Below the pieces are notes generated by a model that searched no databases, was not told where the DNA came from, and saw only the letters and a list, made by a program, of their open reading frames with translations. DNA of 64,000 nucleotides from Isurus oxyrinchus (lineage: Eukaryota). Each line of letters starts with the position of its first letter. Position 1 is the stretch's first letter. The DNA is taken from contig JANJGN010000052.1 in NCBI GenBank assembly GCA_026770705.1, positions 2,108,001-2,172,000 of the forward strand, given 5' to 3'. A program made the translations under genes and the position numbers. Positions 1 through 12,223 of this stretch are shown here, piece after piece.

Positions 1-485
1 AACCCATTAATCTCTCCAGATTCATTTTTTAAAACTAATCCTGATTATCTTCAATTCCTCCCTCTCACTAGACACTTGGTTCCCTAACATTCCTGGGAAA
101 TTATTTGTGTCCTCTTTTGTGAAGACAGAACCAAAATATATGTTCAGTTCTTCTGCCATTTCTTTGTTTCTCATTAGAATTTCCCCCCTTTCTGACTGCA
201 AGGAACCTACATCGGTCACTGCTAATCTTTCTCTCTTCACATATTTATAGAAGCTTTTACAGTCGGTTTTTACGTTCCCTGCAAGTTTACTCCCATGTTC
301 CATTTTCCCCTTCTTGATCAATCTTTTTGTCCACTTTTGCTGAATTCTAAACTGCTCCCAATCCTCAGCATTGCTGCTTCCCCTGGCAATTTTATGTCTC
401 CTCTCTGGATCTAATACTATCCCTAATTTCTTTTGTAAGCCCTGGTTGAGCACCATTTCCTGACTTATTTTTACGCCAGACAGAA
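1..485 (-). mobile_element. CR1-type LINE ORF2 fragment
   Basis: KLAGNVKTDCKSFYKYVKR...EMAEELNIYFGSVFTKED; homologous to 31200-31450. Confidence 0.8.
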
Positions 486-614
486 ATGGATAATTGTTGT
501 AGCAAATGCTTCAGCCTTATCTTTTGCCCTGATGTGCTGGGCTCCCCCTTCATTGAGGATGGGGATATTTGTGGATTCCCCTCCTCCAGTGAGCTAATTG
601 TCCGTTATCATTGG

Positions 615-1610
615 ATACGAGCATTAGTGGACTGTGTTAGACCATTATCGAAAATGAAAGCCAGACTCCAGTATGGCCTTACTATGATGGATATGACAAA
701 TCGATTTCCAGAGACCATCCCTTTAGGAACAATTACAGCTAAAGTAGGAATAGGGAAGTTAACCCAATTTTTTTACCCATTATGGATTACCGCTGGAGAT
801 CCAGTCAGATCAAGGTTCCATCTCTATGTCTTAAAATTTTCCGAACATAATGAGTAATTTGGGTATAAAACAGTTAAAGTCCGCAGCATATCATCCATAG
901 ACACAGGGATCTTTAGAGAGGGACCAACAAACCCTCAAAACAATGATTGAAGCTATTGTCATGAACTCCCCATGACTGGGACAAAGGACTGGATTTTCTT
1001 GTATTTCCCACACAAGATTCACCAACTGAATCGGTAGGTTTTAGTCTTTTTGGAATAACTTATGGACACGAGATAAGAGGCTGTCTGAAATACATCAAAG
1101 AAAGATATTCCGGACAGAGGGATGAATCCTCTATTTCAGATGATATGTCCATGTTTCAGGAACGGCTCATGGGAGCCTCCAAAGTGGCACAAGAACATCT
1201 TATAGTTTCTCAAACAGAGATGAAGGAATGGGGCAGACAGGCAAGCTGTGACCCGAACATCTCAACCAGGGGGATGACTTGTTAGTATCATTGCCTTGGC
1301 AGGGGGAGCCTCTGAAAGCGCAGTTCAGTGGTCCCTACAAGGTAATTAGGAGGGTTGGTCAAGTAAATTATTTGATAGACACCCCAGATTGTAGAATAAA
1401 GAATCGGCTGTGACACATCAATATGTTAAAACGATACCATCGTAGGGAGGGAGGTAAAAAGGAGCAGGTATTTCATTTCCAACCAGATTCTGCATAGATT
1501 ACAGCAAGGTTAATGCAGCAATAAAACCAGATTCCTACCCAATCCCCTGTTTAGAAGATGGTATTGACGAGGTTGGCAGTGCCATGTTCCTTACTGAGAT
1601 AAATTTGTTG
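615..1610 (+). mobile_element. Decayed Gypsy-type (possibly Gmr1-like) pol: integrase followed by RT fragment
   Basis: LVDCVRPL...TNRFPETIPLGTITAK (integrase core), then CIDYSKVNAAIKPDSYPIPCLEDGIDEVGSA (RT). Confidence 0.75.
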
Positions 1611-2478
1611 GTAGTGGGGGATGTTTGTGACCATCAGTGTGGAAGGGTTAGGTTTACAGGTTACACAGACCAGACACACACCAACAGACACACACACACA
1701 TGTAAGCACGCACATTCACACGCACACGTGCACACACACAACACACACACGCACACACACATGCACACACACACACACACACGTAAGCACGCACATNNNN
1801 NNNNNNNNNNNNNNNNNNNNNNNNNNNNNNNNNNNNNNNNNNNNNNNNNNNNNNNNNNNNNNNNNNNNNNNNNNNNNNNNNNNNNNNNNNNNNNNNNNNN
1901 NNNNNNNNNNNNNNNNNNNNNNNNNNNNNNNNNNNNNNNNNNNNNNNNAATCACTTGTGCAGAAACACAAACACACACACACACACATACACACACACAA
2001 ACACACTCACTTGTACAGAAACACAAACACACACACACACATACACACATGAGTTCCCTCTCCTCTCTCAGTGCTGCACTGGAGTCTCGGTGTCAGCTCC
2101 GATTCTGTGCTGAAGGAAGGTAAACTCCAGATCAACAAGACCCTGAATTGGATGAGCAACCTCCTGAACAGAGAATTGTAGATTTACCCCTCAGTGCTCC
2201 ATCGATCAAATATAATTCATTGCCTGTCAAGCCCTTGGGGACATTCTGAGGATGTGAAAGGCTGTTTCTTTAAATCTGGATGGGCAGGGTCTCTGGTGGG
2301 AGAATGCTCCTGCAGTGTGACAGTTTACATAGGCAGTGCCCATTGTAAATGTGACATAGGAACTTATCTTGAGAGAGGGTGCCTAGAAATGCACACAGGC
2401 ATCAGTTACAGCGAGAAGATACAGGAAGTTTTGCTGTGCACTGTGTTTGCTCACATTAAAATCTTTATATATTTTTAG

Positions 2479-2760
2479 ATGCACCACAGAATCTCTCAAT
2501 TACTTCTCTTGATATGATTAACGCTTCATCGATCAATATAATTGAGGGGAATTCTGCAGTGATAATCTGCTCTGTCGAGAGCTTCCCAGCTTCTAACCTG
2601 ACGTGGCGACATCTTAATGTCCCAATGAACAGAACAAGTTCCAACAATGAGCTGTGGTTGGTGATTCCTCACGTTACATCCAGGGACACTGGAGACTATC
2701 AGTGTGTGGCAGAGAATGAACATGGAGCAGTGGAGGGGTTCATAACCATCACTGTGGAAC
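2479..2760 (+). CDS. Siglec/MAG-like gene A, C2-set Ig exon (gene 5' end lies upstream of the window)
   Basis: ttttag|AT...GAAC|gtgagt, 282 nt, phase 1-1; APQNLSITSLD...IICSVESFPASNLTW...DTGDYQCVAENEHG has the Ig Cys/Trp/DxGxYxC signature. Confidence 0.9.
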
Positions 2761-2779
2761 GTGAGTGTGGAGATACATT

Positions 2780-3088
2780 TGTTTGTTTGTTGTCTCTGTG
2801 GTCTCCGTGGAGCCATTGGGATCGTGTTGTTTTTAATCCAGTTTTCTTCAATCCTCGCTCAGTCCACGTTATCCACACACCCAATTTTTCCTCTCCCTTT
2901 CTGTTTTTGCTCTCAGTTTCTCCTTCAATGGTTGTCAGGACAAGGCTGTCAGGTCTTCGTTTCCAATCTCCGTACTTGACGAACTTTCTCTCTCTAACTG
3001 CCCTGAACAACCCTTTTAATTGCTGAACTTCTCCTCTTGATCTAAGCCACTCATTGGTCTTTCTGTCCATCCAGCTGATTCTGAGCAT
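2780..3088 (-). mobile_element. RTE-like LINE 3' fragment
   Basis: LRISWMDRKTNEWL...LVLTTIEG. Confidence 0.55.
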
Positions 3089-4140
3089 CTGGCAGCATCT
3101 GTGGAGAGAAAGACAGGGTTAGCGTTTGGAGTGTGTATGACTCCTCTTCAGAGCTAAAGGGAAGTAGACATGTGGTGAAATATATCCTGTCTAAGGGGGG
3201 GGCGATGGGACAGGTGGAGCTGGATAGAAAACCAGCGATAGGTGGAGGCAATGGAGAGATTGTGGAAGATGTCATAAACAAAAGGTCAAAGGGTTGTTAA
3301 CAGTGGTGGTATTGGATAAAGGAGGTGCTAATGGTGACATTAAGCAGAGTGTGATAATGGGCGGACCAGGGTAAGCACTCTGGAAAGAGACAGATGGCCC
3401 TCGTGGGGGTGTGGCAGGGGGAGGGGACGGTGGAGGGAATAAAGATCGAAAATAGACTAAAATCTGCGGATAAAACAATCAAGAAAAATGGAAATGAATT
3501 TCAAATAGTAATAATAAAAATAAGTGGAAAACAGTTAACAAATAAAACAATTAAAATGAATACATAAAAAAAAGTTCAAAAAGCAGTGAAGATCGAGGAG
3601 AGAGTTCATGACCAGGAATTGTTGATCTCAATATTCAGTCCGGAAGGCTGTAAAGTGCCAGGTTGGAAGATGAGGTGTTGTTCCTCCAGTTTGCGTTGGG
3701 CTTCACTGGAACAATGCAGCAGGCCAAGGACGGACATGTGGGTAAGAGAGCAGGGTGGGGTGTTAAAATGGCAAGCGACAGGGAGGTCTGGGTCATGCTT
3801 GTGGACAGACCGAAGGTGTTCATCAGAGCGATCACCCAGTCTGTGTTTGGTGTCTCCAATGTAGAGGAAACCACACTGGGAGCAATGAATGCAGTAGATT
3901 ATATTGAAGGAAGTCTGCATGAAGCGCTACTTCACCTGGAAGGAGTGTTTGGGTCATTGGACAGTGAGGGGGGAGGAAGTAAAGGGGCAGGTGTTGCACC
4001 TTCTGCAAATACATGGGAAGATGTCATCGGAGAGGGTTGAGGTGCTAGGGGTGATGGAGGAGTGGACCAGGGTGTCCTGGAGGGAATGATCCCTGTGGAA
4101 TGCCAACGGGGTGGGGGTGAAGGGAAGATGCTTTTGATGG
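3085..4140 (-). mobile_element. Penelope-like element fragment (GIY-YIG endonuclease)
   Basis: NIIYCIHCSQCGFLYIGDTKHRLGDRSDEH...VACHFN...LEEQHLIF...TLQPSGLN. Confidence 0.85.
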
Positions 4141-4753
4141 TGGTCAGATTTTGTCCGAAGGAGGTGAGAAATGAGGGAGGGAATTCCAGAGGTTAGGATC
4201 CAGGCAGCTGAAGGCACGGCTGCCAATGGTGGAGCGATAGGAATCGGGGGAAGGTCAAGAGGCTGGAATTGGAGGTGCATCGAGATCTCGGAGGGTTGTA
4301 GAGGCTGGAGGAGTTTACAGAGATAAGGAAGGTTGTAGGGGCTGGAGGAGGTTACAGAGATAGAGAGGGTTGAAGCGGCTGGATGAGGTTACAGAGATAG
4401 GGAGGGTTGAAGGTTCTGGAGGAGGTTACAGAGATAGGGAGGGAGTAAGGAGGGATTTGAAACGATGTTAATTTTAAAATTGTGGTATTGTCGGACCGGG
4501 AGCCAGTGTAGCTCAGTGACCAACAGGGAGTGATGTGTGAACGGGACTCGGTGTGAGTTAGGACATGGGGACAGCAGAGTTTGGGATGAGCTGATGTTTA
4601 CGGAGAGTGGAAGATGGGAGGTCGGGCAGGAGAGTGTTGGGATAGTTGAGTGCAGAGGTAACAAAGGCAGGAATGAGTGTTTCAGTGTGAAGATTCTATC
4701 TTACGCTCTAACTTTGCTATGACGTTGTCTCATTGTTGTCCTTCCCTCCTCAG

Positions 4754-5047
4754 ATAAGCCGGAGATTTCCCAGCAGTCGGAGTGCACTCGGAGATCAGAG
4801 GGGGTCACCTGCGTCTGTGTGGCCACCTCCAACCCACCCGGAGACCTCACCTGGCACCTGCCCAGTGCGAACATCAGTGGTAACCAAACACACGGAGGTT
4901 TTGTGTCATGGCAGGTCAGAGATGGGCATCTGGTGACTGGTTTCCTCACCCTGATGAGACCCCAGGATGAGGGGGGAGTGATTGCATCCTGCTCGGTTCA
5001 AAACCCACATGGGGAAGCCATGTTCAAGATGTATCTGTGGGTCAAAG
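4754..5047 (+). CDS. Gene A membrane-proximal Ig exon resembling MAG (Siglec-4) domain 5
   Basis: cctcag|AT...AAAG|gtgaga, 294 nt, phase 1-1; KPEISQQSECTRRSEGVTCVCVATSNPPGDLTWHLPSAN...ASCSVQNPHG shows the C-x8-C-x-C-x3-SNP pattern of MAG D5 and Siglec membrane-proximal domains. Confidence 0.88.
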
Positions 5048-5394
5048 GTGAGAGACTCGCTCAGGATCGATCTCCACTCAGCTGGATTGATCCCTAAACT
5101 CGAGAATTCCCTCCCTCAACCACTCCACCTCTCTCTCTACCTCCTCTAAGATGCTGTTTACAACATAACCCTTTGACCAAGCTTTGAATCACCTGACCTC
5201 ATGTGACAATGGCAACACTTGGTCAAATTGGAGCCAGGCCGTTCAGGGGGTGATGTCAGGAAGCACTTCTTCACACAAAGGGGAGTGGAAATCTGGAACC
5301 CTCTCCCCCAGATAAGCTGCTTCATTGGGTGCAAGACAGAAAGCTTTGACAAAATGTCCTTTCTCAGCAATACTCAGGTTCTCCTCCCAAACGA

Positions 5395-5810
5395 CTAAAT
5401 ATTATATATAAACATTACATAGATTACATCGAGAAACATTATATATAAATGTTACATAGATTACATTGATAAATATTATATATAAATGTTACATCGATTG
5501 CATCGAGAAACATTTTATATAAATGTTACATAGATTACGTTGATAAAAATTATATATAAATGTTACACAGATTAAATGGATAAATATTATATATAAATGT
5601 TACATATGTTACATTGATAAATATTATATATAAATGTTACATGGATTAAATCGAGAAACATTATATATAAATATTACAGAAATTAAATGGATAAAAATTA
5701 TATATAAATGTTACATAGATTATATTGATAAATATTATAAATTTATGCTATAGGGATCACATTGATAAATATTATATATAAATGTTACATGGATTAAATC
5801 GAAATATAAG
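5395..5810. repeat. AT-rich minisatellite, unit about 37 bp
   Basis: ataaatattatatataaatgttacatagattacattg repeats. Confidence 0.85.
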
Positions 5811-6333
5811 ACTTGCGTTGATAAAATACTTAGGAATTCCCAAAACTCTTGATAACCAGTAAAGCAGTTTCGAAGTGAGCTCACTGTTATCATGTTGGAA
5901 ACGCAACAGCTGATTTGTGCACAGCAAGATCCCACAAACAACAGCGTGAAATTGAGGTGATAATTGATTATTTTAGGGAGGGTAGTTGATACATATATAT
6001 AGAAATTACATATATAATATGGGTCACTAATGATCTTAAGGGAGCGAAACCTGTCCATTTTAACAGGTCTGGGTGTATATGTGACTCCAGTCTCAGACAC
6101 CAACATGGTTAACTCTTACCTGCCCTCTGAACTGGTCTTCCAGTTTGGGACAAACCAGTGGTTCAGGAGGAAGACCCCCCACCACCTTCTCAAGGGGAAA
6201 CTAGGGATGGACAATAAATGTCAGCATTGCCCGAGAATGAGTATTTAAACATTGAGTGAGTGTATCGCTTCTCGAGATACATCGGAGCATCATTGTAAAC
6301 CTGTAGTGCAGTAATTAATGGCTGTTTTTACAG

Positions 6334-6430
6334 GTAGAGACTCCAGTAAATGGACAGTAGGATTGTTCACGGCTGGGATCATGTTGAGTGTTTTCCTGGC
6401 TGGAATCTTCATCTTCATCTGTGTGAGAAA
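6334..6430 (+). CDS. Gene A transmembrane exon
   Basis: ttacag|GT...AGAAA|gtaagt, 97 nt, phase 1-2; GRDSSKWTVGLFTAGIMLSVFLAGIFIFICVRK, uncharged hydrophobic helix. Confidence 0.9.
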
Positions 6431-7153
6431 GTAAGTCTGAAGATTTAACTTGATTTTAATCTAAACATTTGCTTAGGACTAATTGGACAGTTTTTACAAA
6501 AGGCCAGCACAGGCACGATGGGCTGAGTGGCTTCCTCCTAAGCTGTGAGATTTTAAATTCTTTCATCGAATGTGGCTGTCATTGGCGTGGACAATACTAA
6601 TTGCCCATTCCCAATTGCCCCTTGAGAAAGAGGTGGTGAGCTGCCTTCTTGACCCACTACAGTCTATGTGGTGTAGGTACACCCACAGTGTTGTTAGAGA
6701 GGGAGTTCCAGGATTTTGACCCAGCGACAGTGAAGGAACGGTGATATATTTCCAAGTCAGGATGGTGAGTGACTTGGAGGGGAACTTCCAGGTGGTGGTG
6801 TTCCCATGTGTCTGCTGCCCTTGTCCTTCTAGATGGTAGAGGTCGTGGGTTTGGAAGGTGCTGTTGAAGGAGCCTTGCTGAGTTGCTGCAGTGCATCTTG
6901 TAGATGGTACACACACTGCTTCCACTGTGTGTTCGTGGTGGAGGGAGTGAATGTTTAATGTGGTGGATGGGGTGTTGATCAATCGAGCTGCTTTGTTGTG
7001 GATGGTGTCAAGCTTCTTGATTCTGTGCTTTGTGCAGAAGTGATTTAAAGAGACAGTCCCAGTCATTGGTGTAAGCTAACAGTGGGCTCTGTGTCTGTGC
7101 TGCACTGACTCTCTGCTATATGATAACCACAGTGTGATATTGTGTTATTGCAG

Positions 7154-7235
7154 GAGAAAGACAGCGATGGAGGAGAGAGTTTCAGGGACCAGTGACATTG
7201 CATTGAGCCCCAGTTCACTCTCTGTGAAGCACCAG
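7154..7235 (+). CDS. Gene A cytoplasmic exon 1, tail copy A
   Basis: ttgcag|G...CAG|gtacag, 82 nt, phase 2-0, fits the TM exon; RKTAMEERVSGTSDIALSPSSLSVKHQ. Confidence 0.8.
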
Positions 7236-7370
7236 GTACAGGAGCTGTTTACACTCACTCCAAAGCTTCAATCTCAGTGTGTAGACAACACGTGTCCCAG
7301 ATTCCCAGCCCAGTTACCCACTGATTTGTACCTGTGGAGTCAGCAATGTTTCAGTATCATGCTGTCTCTC

Positions 7371-8125
7371 TGTTATGACACAGCAACTGGTAAAGACTGT
7401 TGTTTAAAATCCCAGAGGGAAACTTTAAACAACTGTCATAACCTATATTTCCCAGTGGAATGTTTGAGATGCAGCTCTAAATTCAGGAATAAGACCACCA
7501 GTTCTCGAGATGGTTTTATATCAAACTACATGAGCCATTTATTAATTAACACAAGTTAAACATATGCACATGGCTACAAACTAGTATTATCATAACTTTT
7601 TAACAAATTCCCAAACTAATCTCCTCTAAGATAACCCATAGAATTTAAGCAGACACCCAGGCAAAGCATTTTCACCTCACAAATTCCAAATGAGGTTCCT
7701 TTCACTTTGGTTCCTTTGCAGACAGGTGTAGGCTTACAGCTGCTTTGATGTTACAAGCCTCTGCTCTGCACACACAAAACTGCTCAAGTTATACCCAGCT
7801 CTTCTCTTTGAATGTAAATTCTAATTGTATCATCAGGACCTTTGATCTCCATCTCTTTTCACAATAAATCCTCTGTCATAGTATCAATTTTATCAATAAA
7901 ATAAATGTTGATTGGTTTAAGATTTCACTCTCAGGCGTTGAATGCTCTGTTTAAAAATACAAATTTTTATGCCTCAGTTTACATCTCAAAACTACTATAC
8001 ATCAAATACCCAGACTGGCTGGCTTTAATCCAATTAAAACACACAGAGACACACCCACAGACTAAACCCCGATGTGAATAAAAATAATTTCCAATAACAT
8101 GATATTTATTAATCGCATCATGACA
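7371..8125 (-). mobile_element. Solo-LTR-like insertion (duplicated at 10357-11290)
   Basis: TGTTATGA...TCATGACA inverted termini; reverse-complement similarity to 12322-13273 and 18255-19429. Confidence 0.55.
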
Positions 8126-8701
8126 GTCTCTCTCTCTATCCCAACCTCCCTTTCTTTCTCTCTCTCTCTCTTTCTCTCTCTCTCATCCTCTCTCTGATTA
8201 CAAGGTGCATGTTAATGAGCTTCACACCAGACACTTGAGTGCAGAATCCAACTGTCACTCACCAGAACCATTACCGAGGGAGTGCAAGACTGACAGAGGG
8301 TCAGTACTGAGGGAGTGCTGCACTGTCAGAGGGTCAGTACTGAGGGAGAGCTGCACTGTCAGAGGGTCAGTACTGAGGGAGTGCTGCACTGTCGGAGGGT
8401 CAGTACTGAGGGCGAGCTGCACTGTCGGAGTGTCAGTACTGAGGGAGCGCTGCACTGTCGGAGGGTCAGTAATGAGGGAGCGCTGCACTGTCGGAGGGTC
8501 AGTACTGAGGGAGTGCTGCACTGTCGGAGGGTCAGTCCTGAGGGAGCGTTGCACTGCCATAGGTGGTATCTTTCATATGACATGAGAGAGAGGGTTAAAC
8601 CAACTGAGACACGACTGACATTAACAAGGCTGCACAATAATTTAACCCTATCAGTGCCAGTAAATGATGTGAGGATAACTTCTGTTTCGATTTCTCTGTA
8701 G

Positions 8702-8950
8702 GGTAAACAGAACGTGCTGATTACTGAGCCCCAGAACACAAAGAGAGACGCAACTGGCGAGGGGGAGACCCCAGCTCCCTGGGGTCTCTCTGAAGATGCA
8801 ATGGGAGGCGATGTTGGACATGGGAACCCTGACAAACCTGAAGATTTTCTCTACGCCAATCCCCAAGTCTTGAGGATGTCCAGTGGTGATGGGTCTGTCC
8901 ACAGGGAAGTGGAGACGGAATACGCACAGATCAGGTTCGAGCATAACTGA
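8702..8950 (+). CDS. Gene A terminal cytoplasmic exon, tail copy A (degenerate ITIM FLYANP + ITSM TEYAQI)
   Basis: ctctgtag|GGT phase 0; GKQNVLITEPQ...EDFLYANPQVLR...ETEYAQIRFEHN*; AATAAA at 9517-9522. Confidence 0.85.
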   Translation, partial: GKQNVLITEPQNTKRDATGEGETPAPWGLSEDAMGGDVGHGNPDKPEDFLYANPQVLRMSSGDGSVHREVETEYAQIRFEHN

Positions 8951-10139
8951 ATGAGAAATGGGGAGAGTGAGTGAGGAGGTATGGGGGTGGGGGTAGTGAT
9001 TGAGATTCCTGGGAACAGGAAACACCCACTGGGGGAGAGGGAGAGAGAGGGAGGAAGGGATGGAATTGGGCTGCGGTTGGTGTGGTTTGGAATGAAATGC
9101 TTCTCCAGAGAGGACTGGATGCTGAGCCATTGGGGATAGAGATTCACTGTCTTTCTCTCTCTCTCTCTCTCTCTCCCTCTCTCTCTCGCTCTCTCCCTCT
9201 CTCTCTCTCTCTCTCTCCCTGTCTCTGTCTTTCTTTCTGTGTCTGTCTCTCATTCCCTATCTCCAGCTCCTCCTTTAAGATGCCCGTTAATAACTGACTT
9301 TGTTGACTCAGCTGTTGGTCTCCTGTCCCTAATATCTCCTCATGTGCCTCAGAGTCAGGTGAAGATGTCACTAACAATCCCCAGATGAGCCTTAGGACAT
9401 TTTGCTACATTGAAGGTGCTATATAAATGCAAGTGGTTGTAGTAACTCTGATCTGCTTCGATTAACAATAGAACCACAAAGGCTCCTTCGACAGGGAGTG
9501 TGTGCAGCAGGGTCACAATAAATACATTGAGCTGTGAGATTTTTAATTCTTTCATCGAATGTGTCTGTCACTGGTGATGTCAGCATTAATGCCCATCCCT
9601 AATTGCCCTTGAGAAGGTGGTGGTGAGCTGCCTTCTTGACCCGCTGCAGTCCATGTGGTGCAGCTACACCCAAAGTGCTGTTAGAGAGGGAGTTCCAGGA
9701 TTTTGACCCAGCGACAGTGAAGGAACGGTGATATATTTCCAAGTCAGGATGGTGAGTGACTTGGAGGGGAACTTCCAGGTGGTGGTGTTCCCATGTGTCT
9801 GCTGCCCTTGTCCTTCTAGATGGTAGAGTTCGTGGGTTTGGAAGGTGCTGTTGAAGGAGCCTTGCTGAGTTGCTGCAGTGCATCTTGTAGATGGTACACA
9901 CACTGCTGCCACTGTGTGTTCATGGTGGAGGGAGTGAATGTTTAATGTGGGGGATGGGGTGTAGATCAATCGGGCTGCTTTGTCCTGGATGGTGTCAAGA
10001 TTCTAGATTCTGTGCTTTGTGCAGAAGTGATTTAAAGAGACAGTCCAGTCATTGGTGTAAGGTTACAGTGTGCTCTATGTCTGTGCTGCACTGACTCTCT
10101 GCTATATGATAACCACAGTGTCATATTGTGTTATTGCAG

Positions 10140-10221
10140 GAGAAAGACAGCGATGGAGGAGAGAGTTTCAGGGACCAGAGACATTGCATTGACCCCCAGT
10201 TCACTCTGTGTGAAGCACCAG
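10140..10221 (+). CDS. Gene A cytoplasmic exon 1, tail copy B
   Basis: Near-identical copy of 7154-7235 with intact cag/gtacag sites; RKTAMEERVSGTRDIALTPSSLCVKHQ. Confidence 0.75.
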
Positions 10222-11781
10222 GTACAGGAGCTGTTTACACTCACTCCAAAGCTTCAATCTCAGTGTGTAGACAACACATGTCCCAGATTCCCAGCCCAGT
10301 TACCCACTGATTTGTATCTGTGGAGTCAGCAATGGTTCAGTATCATGCTGTCTCTCTGTTATGACACAGAAACTGGTAAAGGCTGTTGTTTAAAATCCCA
10401 GAGGGAAACTTTAAACAACTGTCATAACCTATATTTCCCAGTGGAATGTTTGAGATGCAGCTCTAAATTCAGGAATAAGACCACCAGTTCTTGAGATGGT
10501 TTTATATCAAACTACTTGAGACATATATTAATTTACACAAGTTAAACATATGCACATGGCTACAAACTAGTATCATCATAAATTTTTAACAAATTCTCAA
10601 ACTAATCTCCTCTAAGACAACCCATTATCTTTAAGCAGACACCCAGGCAAAGCATTTTCACCTCACAAATTCCAAATGAGGTTCCTTTCACTTTGGTTCC
10701 TTTGCAGACAGGTGTAGGCTTACAGCTGCTTTGATGTTACAAGCCTCTGTTCTGCACACACAAAACTGCTCAAGTTATACCCAGCTCTTGAGTGTAAGGA
10801 AGACGGAGATTGATGGGCTCTTGATTGGTCAGGGGATCAAAGGTTAGGAGAGAAGGTGGGAGAATGGGGTTTGTGAAACATATCAGCCATGTATGAATGG
10901 TGGAGCAGACTCGATGGACCGAATGGTCTAATTTCTCCTCCTATATCTGATGGTCTTATGGCTTCTGTTTGAAGGTAAATTCGCAATGTATCATCAGGAC
11001 CTTTGAACTCCATCTCTTCCAATAATAAATCCCCTTTCATCGTATCAATTTTATTAGTAATATAAACGTTGATTGGTTTAAGATTTCACTCTCAGGCATT
11101 TAATGTTTTATTTAAAAATGCAAATTACCACTTTACCTCTTTGTTTACATCTGAAAACTACTATACATCAAAGCACCCAGACTGGCTGGCTTTAATCCAA
11201 TTAAAATACACACAGACACACACACAGACTAAACCTCTGTTTAAAAAGACAGTTTGCATTTATAATACAAACATTAATAGATTAATAACACTCTGTCTCT
11301 GTCCCTCCTCTCTCCCTCTCTCTCATCCTCTCTCTGATTACAAGGTTCATGTTATTGAGCCTCACACCAGGCACCTGTGTGCAGATTCCAAGCCATCACT
11401 CACCAGAGCCATTACCGAGGGAGTGCTGCACTGTTGGAGGGTCAGTACTGAGGGAGTGCTGCACTGTTGGAGGGTCAGTACTGAGGGAGTGCTGCACTGA
11501 CAGAGGGTCAGTACTGAGGGAGCGCTGTATTGTCGGAGGGTCAGCACTGAGGGAGTGCTGCACTGTCAGAGGGTCAGTATTGAGGGAGTGCTGCACTGTT
11601 GGAGTGTGATAGAGATTAAATTATAAAGAGAGAGAGAAAGCGAGAGAGACAGAGAAAGAGAGTGAAAAAAAGGGTTAAACCCACTGAGATACGACTGACA
11701 CTAATGAGGCTGCACAATAATTTAACCCTATCAGTACCAGTAATTGATGTGAGGATATCTTCTGTTTCCATTTCTCTGTAG

Positions 11782-12030
11782 GGTAAACAGAACGTGCTGA
11801 TTACTGAGCCCCGGAACACAACCAGAGACACAACTAGTGAGGGGGAGACCCCAGCTCCCCGGGATCTCTCTGAAGGTCCAGTGGGAGGCGATGTTGGACA
11901 TGGGAACCCCGACAATCCCGCCAAGCTTCTCTACGCCAACATCAACTTTTCAAAGCTGCCCGGCGGTGACAGGACTGTGCACAGGAGCGAGGACACGGAA
12001 TACGCACAGATCAGGTTCCAGAAAAACTGA
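11782..12030 (+). CDS. Gene A terminal cytoplasmic exon, tail copy B (ITIM LLYANI + ITSM TEYAQI)
   Basis: ctctgtag|GGT phase 0; ...PAKLLYANINFSKL...DTEYAQIRFQKN*, the classic Siglec ITIM plus ITSM-like pair. Confidence 0.85.
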   Translation, partial: GKQNVLITEPRNTTRDTTSEGETPAPRDLSEGPVGGDVGHGNPDNPAKLLYANINFSKLPGGDRTVHRSEDTEYAQIRFQKN

Positions 12031-12223
12031 GTGTGAAACAGGGAGCGGGGCTGTGGGGTGTGTGCAGCCAACATGGCCAAATAGTAATGAACAGAAATAT
12101 GATGTTGCTCAACTTTTTTTTATTGGTTCTGAGTGAGCTTTCTGAATGCTGCACCTTTTTCCATGCTGTAAAAGATTGTGAGAAGCTTATGAATTATGTA
12201 TAATTTAACATCTGTTAATACAA

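Noticed and set aside
8205-8280. Possible extra cytoplasmic exon after a pyrimidine tract (VHVNELHTRH...)
   Set aside because: No in-phase donor, and the duplicate at 11345 differs by a 1-nt indel
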